A stretch of 64,000 nucleotides of DNA. Origin: Lama guanicoe (taxonomy: Eukaryota). Made by a program: the position numbers and the translations under genes. The first letter of the stretch is position 1; every line of letters starts with the position of its first letter. Positions 11,811 through 23,408 of the stretch are shown in pieces. The notes under the pieces are model-generated. The model made no database searches. It saw only the letters and a list, made by a program, of their open reading frames with translations, and was not told the origin of the DNA. The DNA lies in assembly GCA_013239625.1 (NCBI GenBank), contig MU053557.1:3254123-3318122 (forward strand), written 5' to 3'.

Positions 11811-12648
11811 AAGGAAATTTCCTACTAGTGTCCTCCTAGCAAAGGCATTACTTCCATCAACACATGCTGATTTTCTCACCTCTCTCCCCACTAAGGCAGA
11901 GGATATCTTAGGACAGTCACAAACATAAGAGCAGCATGATGTCTATGGCCACCTTAGGCCACCTCCCAGTGAAAAAGTTATCCAAAACCGTGTGCTGTTT
12001 CTATAACATGAGCAACAAAATAGAGTTTTCAACTTGTCACACACCAGGTCAAATTTGCATTTCCTGTAACTCTGTAGCAAATGACTTGCCACTTTGCATT
12101 GAGATGGCTTGTGTTGTGAGCCCAGTGCATATCCGATCATAACTTTAGGGAAATGTACTCCAGAGGCGTCTTCTATTACCTACTGATAAGAAAGAGGAAG
12201 GCAGAAACTCCTCAGCAGTAAGCATGCGCAGAGGAACCCCAATATGGCAGCGCCCAGGCTCTCCCTTATGCAAAGTACATTGCACTGCATTCTTATAAGG
12301 CAAAAATCTACCCAACAGAAGATAAAGTTTGAATACTCACTAAGGCTGTGCCTCCATGCTCAAAACAAGGAGGAAATAGAGGAGTTATGCAGTTTATCTT
12401 GACTCAATGGTGAATTTAAGTATTTCTGATCAAAATCCACCCTCTGTCTTTTCCTTCTTTGAAGTGCAGGATTTTGAGCTTACATTATCTCTTCCCTACT
12501 TTGTAAGTACACACGTTAGACATCTCATTTTTCACCCAATAAATGCAGTATATGAATGGGACAATCTTTGCAAAATATTCAACACTCTGCCTGACACACA
12601 GTAGGTGCTCAATAACCATCAGTCTACCATTTTCTCAGAGTATATTTA

Positions 12649-13889
12649 TTTTATTTTATTTTTAACTGAAATATGGTCAGTTTCCAATGTTGTGTTAATT
12701 TCTGGTGTACAGCATAATAGTTCAGTCATACAAATATATACATATATTTGTATTTATATTCTTTTTCATTATAGGTTACTACAAGAGACTGAATATAGTT
12801 TCCTGTGCTATACAGTATAAACTCATTGTTTATCTATTTTATATATAGTAGTTAGTATCTGCAAATCTCGAACTCCCAATTTATCCCTTCCCATCCCCTT
12901 CCCCCACTGGTAACCATAAGTTTGTTGCCTTAAACATTAGACAAGACACTGTAAACCTCTTAGAAGAAAACACAGGCAAAACATTATCTGACATAAATCT
13001 TAGCAGTGTTCTCCTAGGGCAGCTTACCCAGGCAATGGAAATAAAAGCAAAAACAAACAAATGGGACCTAATTAAACTTATAAGCTTTTGCACAATAAGG
13101 GAAACCATAAGCAAAACAAAACCTACAGAATGACAGAAAATATTTGCAAAAGATGAGACTGACAAGGCTTAATTTCCAGAGTATATAAACAGCTTATACA
13201 ACTTAATAACAAACAAACAAACTAAAAAAACCCAATCCAAAAATGGGCCGAAGACCTACAAGAAGCAGTTCTCCCGTAAAGACATACAAATGGCCAATAG
13301 GCACATGAAAAAATGATCAATATCATTAATTATCAGAGAAATGCAAATCAAACTACAGTGAGGTATCATCTCACGCCAGTCAGAATGGCCATCATTCAAA
13401 AGTCCGCAAATGATAAATGCTGGGGAGGGTGTAGAGAAAAGGGAACCCTCCCACACTGTTGGTGGGAATGTAGTTTGGTGTAGCCAGTATGGAAAACAGC
13501 ATGGAGATTCCTCAAAAAACTAAAAATAGATTTACTATATGATCCAGCAATCCCACTCCTGAGCATATATACAGAGAAAACTTTAATTTGAAAAGACACA
13601 TGCACCCCAATGTTCATAGCAGCACCATTTACAATAGCCAAGACATGGAACAACCTAAATGTTCATCAACAGATAGCTGGATAAAGCTGTGGTATATTTA
13701 TACAACGGAATACTACTCAGCCATAAAAAAGAATAAAATAATGCCATTTGTGGCAACATAGGTGGACCTGGAGATTGTCATTCTAAGTGATGTAAGCCAG
13801 AAAGAGAAATAATAATACCATATGATATTACTTATATGTGGAATATAAAAAAAGACAAATGAACTTATTTACAAAACAGAAACAGACTC
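12649..13889 (-). mobile_element. L1 with 5' inversion (3' part on minus strand 12649-~12927; inverted ORF2/3'UTR part on plus strand ~12928-13889)
   Basis: T-rich tail at the left end, orientation switch near 12927, and a perfect 15-bp TSD ctcagagtatattta at 12634-12648 and 13890-13904. Confidence 0.92.
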
Positions 13890-15555
13890 CTCAGAGTATA
13901 TTTAGATATATCAGTTATATCACAGAGAGTTTGTAATAATGAGCTTGACCATGCCCTGTAACTTTAGCTTTGCAGGGTTTTAAGGAACAAATTGACACTG
14001 TAATAATGTCTGTATATATGTCTAAAAATGACTGCAATTTCCAATATACCTCCATCACACTCTAAAAATTTTCCTGACAGATCACAATTCAGTTTCACCT
14101 CAATATTTGATGACCAAAGTATTCATGTTAAAGCCAGCTTATAAAGTATTTTTAGTAATCCCAACTGTATCCAAAAAAAAAAATTCTTGATATTTCATGA
14201 ATCTATACGTTTAGGGGAAAACTATAAGGATATATGTAAAAATATTAATAAAGGATAAGTTGCAGGATCAAGTACCTTTTAGTTTCTTCTTTCAAACATT
14301 TCTCTATTTTCCAAAATCTCAAAATCTCTATAATAAGTGAGTTAACTTTTTATAACTATAGTTTGTTATTTTTAAATGTGTGTCCAGGATGTTATTTTGG
14401 ATGAAAATGCACATATTGAGCATGTTGACAATTGCTGATGGAGAATTTTCGAACAAAGCGGTTAGCACTCTGTTATGAAGACCTATTATCTAAGATGAAA
14501 ACCAAAAATAAAGGAAAATTAGGTTCCTCATCAGAGTCAAGTTGTCACCTCATGCAAAGCTTCCCAGCAGTTGGATAGCTAAGTGAGAAAATGATGAGAA
14601 AATGATGAGGGCATGAAATGAGGGCTTTATAAAGTGTCCTCCAGGCAAATCCTTTCCACCAAAGGATTAGTTAATAAGACAAGACATAATCACCTCACTT
14701 GTGGGGAGTTGTTGGGGTTCCCTTCCCCATTTTAGACATAAAGCATCTCTCTGTGATGTTACTGCTCTCAAAATTACTGCTCTCAAACACTTGAAAGTCA
14801 TTTTCAATCGCAGACTTTTCTTCTGCCTTAAGTGTGAAGGAGACATATGGAAGTAGCTGCTGACTAAGATGATGAAACAGAGCTCACTTCAAATGTTCTA
14901 ATGCTCTGGCTTTCTTGATGAGGGCCCACAGGTACAACTTAATCCTCTCAATGAAAATCTCGAAGTCTGGGCCAGACATAAAATCCAGTTAAAGGATGAG
15001 ACAGAAAAAAACAAACAGACAAAACTTAGAACCTGTCCAGCCTGGGTAAAACCAGCCACAATGCTTCATCATGTGTTTCCAAGGTTTTAAAAAATGTACT
15101 TATTTTATTGTTTTCCCAGTTATTCTTTCTGTTTTTTTGCTCATTTATGAAAGGAATCTCTTTGGTTTTACATTATTGTTGTAACAATCTTATTCTGATT
15201 ACTTAGAATGAAAATAATCCTCCCTTACCTTTTGCCGTGCAGAGAAAAATGTAACAGGAATGAATCCTTTGTTTCTCTCTCCCTCCCTCCCTTCCTTTTC
15301 AATGAATATTTCAAAACTACAGAAAAGCAGAAGGTAGTTTAACAAGTGCCTATGTACTCACTGTCTAGAATTTATAAATGCTAACTTTTCATCATATTTT
15401 AATTACATTTTTTAAGCAATAAACCATAATGGAGTCGCAGTGCCCTAGGTGTCTCTTCCTCCAACAGAAAAAGAACCACTGATCTCTACTAATCTCTCAT
15501 ACTCTCCTAGGGTCTGCTATCTGTTGGAACCTGATCCTTTAATTAAGGCTTATGT

Positions 15556-15690
15556 GGGGGAGGGTATAGCTCTGTGGTAGAGCACATGCTTAGCATGCAT
15601 GAGGTCCCAGGTTCAATCCCCAGTACTGCCATTAAAAAACAACAAAAAACCTCATTACTTCCCCCAACCAAAAATAAATTTTTTTAAACT
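15556..15690 (+). mobile_element. tRNA-Ala-derived SINE (camelid Vic-1 type)
   Basis: ggggagggtatagctctgtggtagagcacatgcttagcatgcatgaggtcccaggttcaatccccagtac carries A and B boxes and the anticodon arm CATGC-TTAGCAT-GCATG, followed by an A-rich tail with acctcattacttcccc. Confidence 0.88.
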
Positions 15691-18600
15691 CTTTTTCTTA
15701 TCAAAGAAACTACTGTCTTATACTGTCTTAGTTTAATTACTTTCTTTCAAAAGTACCCATTGGTCAGGGATAGTAGACAGAAGCCCCTCACTCCTAGAAA
15801 ACCAAGGCTTGTAGAATAACATTAGGGTATCTTCTGCTAAAATAAAGGCGATCAGAATTCATGTATGAGGGCAGAAAATACTCAGCGCAAACTAACAGAA
15901 GGTGGGTGTCTTCAGATGGCTGGGTTTCTGAAACAATCAATACTAACTCTGTTAGAAACAGGCTCAAAAAACAACCATTTTGCTCTTATTGGAAATATTA
16001 TCATACCTTGAGTGGCTCAAGGACACCAGACATGAAATGTACGTTTACCACATAAAAAGATGACTTTATTTCAGCTTTCCCTTGAGCCTAAACTAAGTAA
16101 TGTACAAAGAAAGATAGTCAAATAAAATGACAGTCTAAAAAGAGAAGCTCCTTTCAGTCCAGACAGAAATTTGCTGGCTCCACAAGACTAGGGAACATCC
16201 TGGCTCCAACATAAATAGCTGACAGGCAAGAGTATGAATGACAGATACACTCAGAGATACAGGAGAGAAAAATTGGAAACACAGTGAATAGTTCTTTCAT
16301 TGAGAATTTTACAGCTACATATAGACTCAGAAAACACAAATGCATCAGAGATGCCTTCTTATCCCACGGCTGTTGTCTGATTTCATTTTTCAGTTAATAA
16401 ATATCTCCTTGTTTAGGCAGCTCCCTGGAACGCCTTATTCTTCCAGATCTTTCATAATTAAGATGAATGGATAGGAAACAGGATCCCTTCAATGCTTCAA
16501 GTTCTTAGAGTGATTTATATTGGAAACATGAAGGAAAACATTGTAGAGAGATAATTAATTTAATTGTGTAGCTCCAATTTCCATTTCTGATGAAGAAATA
16601 ACAGAGTATTCACGTTGGGTGTGATATGTTTGACAAAGGCTTGGGATTTGTAGTCAACAAAACCAGACCACAATCACGGGTCCACCATGGGCTCAGAGAA
16701 TTTGGGGGAATTGCATAAATGCTCTATTTCTGTTCCCTCATCAACAAAATGGGAATAAAAGGCTGTGGTGTTAAAAAAAAAAAAAAAAAGGAGGTGTGAC
16801 ATACAAAGCTGTAACTGTTCTCTACAAATGTTGTTGTTTTCTTTTCTTCAATGCCTGGTGCCAGTTTCTGCAATTCAATCGATAAACAAATAAACAAGTG
16901 TTGAGCTAAGGATATCTAATTTTTGTTTTTTAATTATAGATGGAACTGTATGTAAAATCTAGCTAATAATTACTAATCACTCTGAGTCATAACTGAAGTG
17001 CAAATATATTTTGGGAAACTAAGTCAGATTACTTCCTATTCTAATCCTAAAACCTCTCAGACATTGGTTTCCAAAGCTATCTCAGACCAAAGATATAGTC
17101 AGATGTGTATGTGAAACTTTTTATATAAAAATATGCTAAAAATAATGATACAGAAGTTTTTAAAGACTGTTATTTTAAAGCAGAGTTCCTATTAAAATTT
17201 ACTTAGTTATGACTATATGATGTCTAACAACTTTTTAAATACTTCTTAATGTGGGCTAGTTACTAGGAATTATAACATTTAAAATACAATGTTAACTTGC
17301 TAAAGTGTTTATTTCTTTTCAAAAACTATTCAATATGACTTTACACTCAAATAATATAGTACAAAATCATTAGTTGTATCAGAAAGAACTTTTTGGCTAT
17401 AAAATTTACACCTACAAAAATATATATTTCAGTCTTTTGCAATAAGATTGACTGATTTTCTAGGAATAACTGGAGTATATCAAGATGGGCTAACCTAAAT
17501 TCTTAAAAACATATATTTTTTGAGTACATAAATTAGAAGGTTTTCAAAAGAAAGTTGGAGGTCAAATACCACACAAAAATTATAGTAGTAGATTAATTAC
17601 CTAATGAAGTGTTTTATCTTTAATATAATTATTTTATGGCTTAATTTTTACTTAAAATTCATTATTGAATTAAAAAACTTGAGTGACTCAAGATTTGGAT
17701 AGGATTTATAAAACATCTACAGTATTGTGGTAAGTCCAGGGGATGTAGACCTTGGGAATTACTCTTGAAACAAAATACAGTGAGGATGCAATACTGTTAG
17801 CTGGATTATTCTGTTACAGATATAATTTTTGACATTGGCAGGCAAGCACATAATTACTTCTGAAAAATTCAATAATCAGTAATTAAAATACAAGCTTAAA
17901 TCATATAATGATGATTAATTTCACCATTTGGATTTTTACCAGTGATTTTTACATCTGGATCCTGAGAAGTCTTTAATTCAGGACAAGGCATAAATGAAAA
18001 CTCCCCATGGGGAAGGCAGATTCAATTTTATTAGAAATATAACTATTTCTGTAGACCTTTGTGTACTCTTTCCCAAATTCTAGTATGCCTGTTGGTACAG
18101 AAATTAAGCTTGCTTGTTGTTTTTTTACCTTTGAAGACATTGGATAATATCTAAGAAACCACTTTGAAATCTGTTCTTGTAAAACACTGTGAATTCTTGA
18201 ATTAGCCTATTCATTCTTTTTTTTTTTTAATCCAAAGATCTGTTCTGTTTGTTGTCCTAAAATATGCAGGGGAGACAATATCTGAGTCGAGTCCACTCTC
18301 CCTCAGCTAAGGGACGAGGAGAACCCTCTGGAGTGACAAAAGAGAAACAGTCTCTTTAATTAATTCAATTCATTACATATTTATTGAGTACTTATTTTGT
18401 GCCAGGGAATATTCAAGGTGTTGTGGGAGTTTATAGTACAGGAGATAAGACAAGTATTCAAATATAATGCTGCTTAGATTGTAGTAAGTGTCATAAGAGG
18501 AAAAGAGAATGACAGATCAGCAAAATCCTTCTGAAAAGCAAACCGCAAGTCACAAAGAGTGAGTGGGATTTTGACGATGGGTGAGGTCATTCCTGGCAGA

Positions 18601-19351
18601 CTGAGAAACGGGGGAGAGCAGTGAGCAGTCCTGCTTGGCTGGAGAGCACAGGGCCTGCAGGCTAGTAATGGGTAAGTCCAGGAAGATTGGACAGGGCTTG
18701 AATGTGGGGGACCCTGAATAAAAGGGGAGAAACTTTTTGATTAGGAAAATAAGTGTGCATTGTGCCCTACCTGCTTTGCAATATTAACCTTACCGATAGC
18801 CATGAGTTCCTAGGAATGATTTCAGATGTCACCGTCACTTCTGCATGTGCCCTTTACCGAAATTTTTCCTGTCTTCATATTGCTGTCTGAAAGCCTTTTT
18901 AGCACTTCTGTTCTACTACCGAAGACTTCAATGCTTTTGCAGGAAAGCACTGAAATTCTCCTGACAAGGATAACTCCTCCAGCTCCCACTATATGGATTT
19001 CCCATCCCTTGCTGAGTGGTTTGGGAGGTGAAGAGAAGGCTGGAGCAGTAAATCTCAATGTGGAGTGTAAGGAGGGTTTGGAGAAAGATTTAGAATTGGG
19101 AGACAAATTTCCACCACGGAAAGGGAGAGTTTTTAAGTGAGTCTGCAGTGTGCTTAAGATGAGAGTTGAACTCTTGTTGTCAAGGGAGAACAGTTGTGGG
19201 AAAACCAGTGATTCAATAGCAAAGCTTAGATCTGTGGCTGATGAGATAAGCAGAATTCTGTCTAACTGGGGAGCAGGGCAGGGGGTGAAATAACAGAGTA
19301 AATAATACATATGGGCACCTGAAGAAACATTTAATTCTCTCTGTATGAGAG

Positions 19352-19966
19352 TGTATTTGTTTTCCATTGCTCTATAACAAATTACCACAAATTTAGCAGC
19401 TTAAACAACACTTTTTTTTTAATCTCAGAGTTTTCAAGGGTCAGGAACCTGGGGAGAGGTTAGCTGGGACCTCTGCTCAGGTCTCACCAAGTTGAACTCA
19501 ATGTGTCAGATAAGGCTGAGATCGCATCTCAGTCTTGGGGTCTCCTTCCAAGCTCATTGACTGGTGGCAGAGTTCAGTTCTTTGCAGTTACATGTCCACC
19601 AGCCAGGCTGACTATCACCCAGGGACCACTCCAAGCCCCTAGAGCCCACCCTAATGTCCTTACCATGTGATCCCCTTCCCAGGCAGTTCACAACATGGCT
19701 ATGTGCAACTTCAAGATCAGCAGGAGAATCTCTGTTGCTTTCAGTTTCTGACTTATTTTTTTTCTCCCCAAGTGTCACCTGATTAGGCAAGGCCCACCCA
19801 GGATAATTTCCCTAATTTAAAATCAGTTGATTAATGGTCTTAATTGCATCTGCAAAAGCTTTTCAGAGCAGCACCTAGATTAATGTTTGATTAAATAACT
19901 GAGAGAAGTGTATACAACCAGGGTAGCAGGACAGTTGGGGGCCACCTTAGAATTCTACTTGCCACA
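19352..19966 (-). mobile_element. MaLR solo LTR (MLT1D/E-like), near full length
   Basis: The left end tgtatttgttttccattgctctataacaaattaccacaaatttagcagcttaaacaacac and the right end gggggccaccttagaattctacttgccaca are the reverse complements of MLT1 termini. Confidence 0.85.
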
Positions 19967-21114
19967 AAGACACATAGGCCAGAATCTTTAATAGGTGAGG
20001 ATTTCATAATAATACTCTTATTCCATTGGGAAAGTTGTTGAAAAGTGGGCCAGCCTAGCCATTTCTTACATGTCTATACAACTTCTTTCCCTACTTAGCA
20101 CTTACTGCTTGAGACTACACTAAGCACCAAAATATCGAAGAATCAAAATAAGTTCAAAGTTTCAAATATCTATATGTATAATATTTGAGGATGGTTATAG
20201 GGACATGGATATGACCGCATAATTCAAAATTATATTTTAACAAAAGAATGTTGCCCTATAATATTCAAGGCATCAGCACAAATGCACAAAATGATAGTAC
20301 ATTTTGCCTAGTAACAGACAACAAAACATATACTGAATTAAATAAAACGTCTGTGTTGAGCAGGATTTTTTGAGAGTCCTTGTGAAGCGGTGGGAAGAGC
20401 ACATTAGGGAATCGGGATTCTACTTCAGGCGGCGTCAGTTACTAATAGAGTGCTCTTAGGCAAAGAGCCTGAATCTTTACAATTTGCACAATAGGACAGT
20501 AAACCTAACAGACTTATCTATTTTGCAAAGTTGCTATAAGGTTCCAGCAAGATTGCTGTAAGGATCAAATGGTATAGTTGTAGAAGTGTATGTGAAATGG
20601 AAATTTATATTAAGTTTAGGGAGAAAGTCTTAGGGAATATCTCCATGAGTTATTAGTTGGATAAGAACCTCCACGAATATTTGAGCTGGAGAAGCCAAAT
20701 CCTGTGAGGCAGATCAGTGGCAGACTCTTGCCTATGTGGTCACAGTAAGATGATTATCCCAGCTAGGCAGCCTCCATCAGCTGCTTCTACTGCAGAATCA
20801 GCAGCCCCCTTCGACTCTAGGTGGCCTCAGAAGTTCTCATGATGAGGCTCAGAAGTGGTCTGAAGTTGGAGACTTGAGAACTTCATTTATGTGCACATGG
20901 CTAAGTCTCCCAGCTCCTCTGCAGGTGATAACCCTTGCAGGGCTTTTTCCATTAAGTTGAAATAAAAGTTTCTTCTCTTCTTTTAGAAGGGAATGGTGGA
21001 AGTGCATAGGGGAAGATTCAGAAGTTTTATCTTTTATCCATGTTGTGAAAGTTAAGTGCAATCCAAAAGTAATTTCTGTGATTATTACTATGGCCAACTT
21101 AATGACACCCATCT

Positions 21115-21783
21115 TAGTGGTCAGCAAATTGCAGACTGTGGGCCAAATCCAACTCAATTTCTATTTTTCTGTGGCATGCAAGTTAAGAATGTTTTCTCCA
21201 TTTTTAAATACTTGGGGTAAAAAAACTAAGACAGTAAATCTTATAAGTTCTAAGCACAAGAAAAAAAGAAAAAATTGGTAACTACATACAGTGATGGATA
21301 TTGATAACTAGAATTGTGGTGATTGTTTCACAATGTATACAAATGCCAAATCATTTTGTTGTGCACCTGAAACTAATATAGTGTTATATGCCAATTGTAC
21401 CTCAATTAAAAAAAAAATACTCCATCATGGTCATGGTTGCACACCATTGTGAATACATATACTAAAAAGTACTGAATTATACACTTTAAAATGGGTAAAT
21501 GGTGAATTTTATGTTTTGTGATTTTTTTATCTTAATAAAAAAATAAAATAAGCTGGAAAAAACCCAGAAAATATTTTATGACATGTGAAAATTATATGTT
21601 TCAATTTTTAAAGTCCATAAATTAAGTATTATTGGAAAACAGTCATGCTCATTTGTTTACGTATTGCCTATGGCTGCTTTCCCACTGCAGCTGCAGAGGT
21701 GAATCATTGCAACAGGGACTGCTCAGTTCACAAAACTGAAAGTATTTATCTGGCCCTTTACAGCAAAATTCTGTCAACCTTTG
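21115..21783. mobile_element. MER58-like hAT-Charlie DNA transposon with two nested L1 3' tails (~21230-21418 and ~21427-21550)
   Basis: Termini tagtggtcagcaaa...gggccaaatcca and tatttatctggccctttacagcaaaattctgtcaaccttg; internal catgctcatttgtttacgtattgcctatggctgcttt. The nested segments end in poly(A). Confidence 0.8.
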
Positions 21784-22615
21784 ATCTCTAGTGAGTTCAG
21801 GCTGATAAATACATAGTAAAATATGTTTTCATCACTTCTGGGGATATTTGTAGGTGCAGCTTTTTTAAACAGCAGTTTGACAACAGATAAGCAAAAGTCT
21901 GAATATAGTCAAGAAATCTGCATGCATCTCCCAGGTATTTCTGTGGCAGGTGGCTCTCAGTCAGGGCACATTCTAAGAAACAGTATCCTTTGTTATCTCT
22001 AATTGGAAACCATCTCTACTGAAGCTCTTTCTCTGTTTCATGTTGCTGGTGCTTCCTAACTTGGAGGAGATCGCCAGGTCACACTTCCCTGTCTGTGCTG
22101 GTGTAGGTGAAAAGGCTTCCCTAGGAACTGTTCTTTCAGCACCACACCTCATAGGTCCTTTCAAGGGCAGTTCACACACCTGAATACAGTTTGGTGACTG
22201 ATGGAATTTTCCAAAGAGCAAATCCCCAGAACGCTCAGGATTCTCTGTTCTAAATGGTGATAGGTCATACTGATTGCAAGTCATGCAACTTGGGACTTTT
22301 CTAACCTACACTAGAATGCTCTGACTGGTTCTAGATTGTTTTTTACTTTATAAAGGGTTCTTAAAAAGATCTTGTACACTATGGTACAGCATCCTGTTTT
22401 GACTTTGCTATTTTTTATAAGCCAAAATACTCTGCTTTAAATTTTAACATTAACTCCAAAGAACTGAACTTGTGTTCCATGTATCAAGAAGGACCAAAAG
22501 AAGTTTGGATGAGGCTAGTAATTTAATTACTCCAATGGCTCCCTAGTCCTATTTCTAAATCTGCAACAAACTGATTTTAGCTAATGTGTCTATGTCTGTC
22601 AAATGCGAAGTTTGA

Positions 22616-22792
22616 GGGGAGAAGGTATAGCTTAGTGGTAGAGTGTGTGCTTAGCATGCATGATGTCCTGGCTTCCATCCCCAGGACCGCCATCAAATAA
22701 ATAAATAAATAAACCTAATTACCTCCCCACCAAAACAAAAAACAAAAATAAATAAATAAAAGTGAAAGTAAAATAAAAATTAAAAAAAATTT
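22616..22792 (+). mobile_element. tRNA-Ala-derived SINE (camelid Vic-1 type) with TSD
   Basis: ggggagaaggtatagcttagtggtagagtgtgtgcttagcatgcatgatgtcctgg..., an A-rich tail, and TSD aaatgc(g/a)aagtttga at 22601-22615 and 22793-22807. Confidence 0.9.
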
Positions 22793-23222
22793 AAATGCAA
22801 AGTTTGAGAATGGCCCAGGAAAAGCTAATAATTGAAAAAGAAAAGAGAAAGTCATTGATCAAGTAAAATAGGTCTACATGTTCCTGCTGTGCTGTACCAA
22901 ATAGCTTTTAGTTACACTTCACGAAGGCTGGCAATGCAAGGTTCTGAAATGTGGCATGTGGTGCCGCCCAGATTACAGAAATTGGAATTCCCTTATTTAA
23001 AAAAAAAAAATCCCAAGTTTCTACAATATGCAGGCATTTTGCTAAGAACAGCTGGTGAATCAATCATTGTGGTATAGGAGCTCCCAACATCACAGAGAAG
23101 ACATAAATTTTGAATAAAGGATATGAAAATATGACGCTAGTGCTACCAAAAAGATCAGCTCGGACATGGGGCACATAAAGCCATCTCTGGAGGGTGTGGG
23201 AAACCAAGATCTAAGGAATGAG

Positions 23223-23372
23223 GCCCTCTCTCTTTCTCTGTCTCTCTTCGGAGATGGCCCACATTCTGACTATGGAATGTATACTTACTTTTAATCTGAG
23301 CACCCAATCCCTACACCTCGTGGCCTTTCTCTTGCCTTTCAATGTATCTCTCTGAATAAATCTACCTTTGCT

Positions 23373-23407
<35 letters not shown>
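23223..23407 (+). mobile_element. Short polyadenylated retroposed fragment (ERV LTR R-region-like)
   Basis: AATAAA at 23355-23360, pure A33 at 23374-23406, flanked by aaggaatgag (23213-23222) and aaagaatgag (23408-23417). Confidence 0.7.

Positions 23408-23408
<1 letters not shown>

Noticed and set aside
15556..15632. tRNA-Ala(AGC) gene (also 22616-22692)
   Set aside because: Acceptor and T stems are mismatched and the heads run into shared A-rich SINE tails, with a TSD on the second copy. These are SINEs, not tRNA genes.
22135..22155. REST/RE1 silencer site (TTCAGCACCA)
   Set aside because: Only the left half-site is present; the GGACAG right half is missing.
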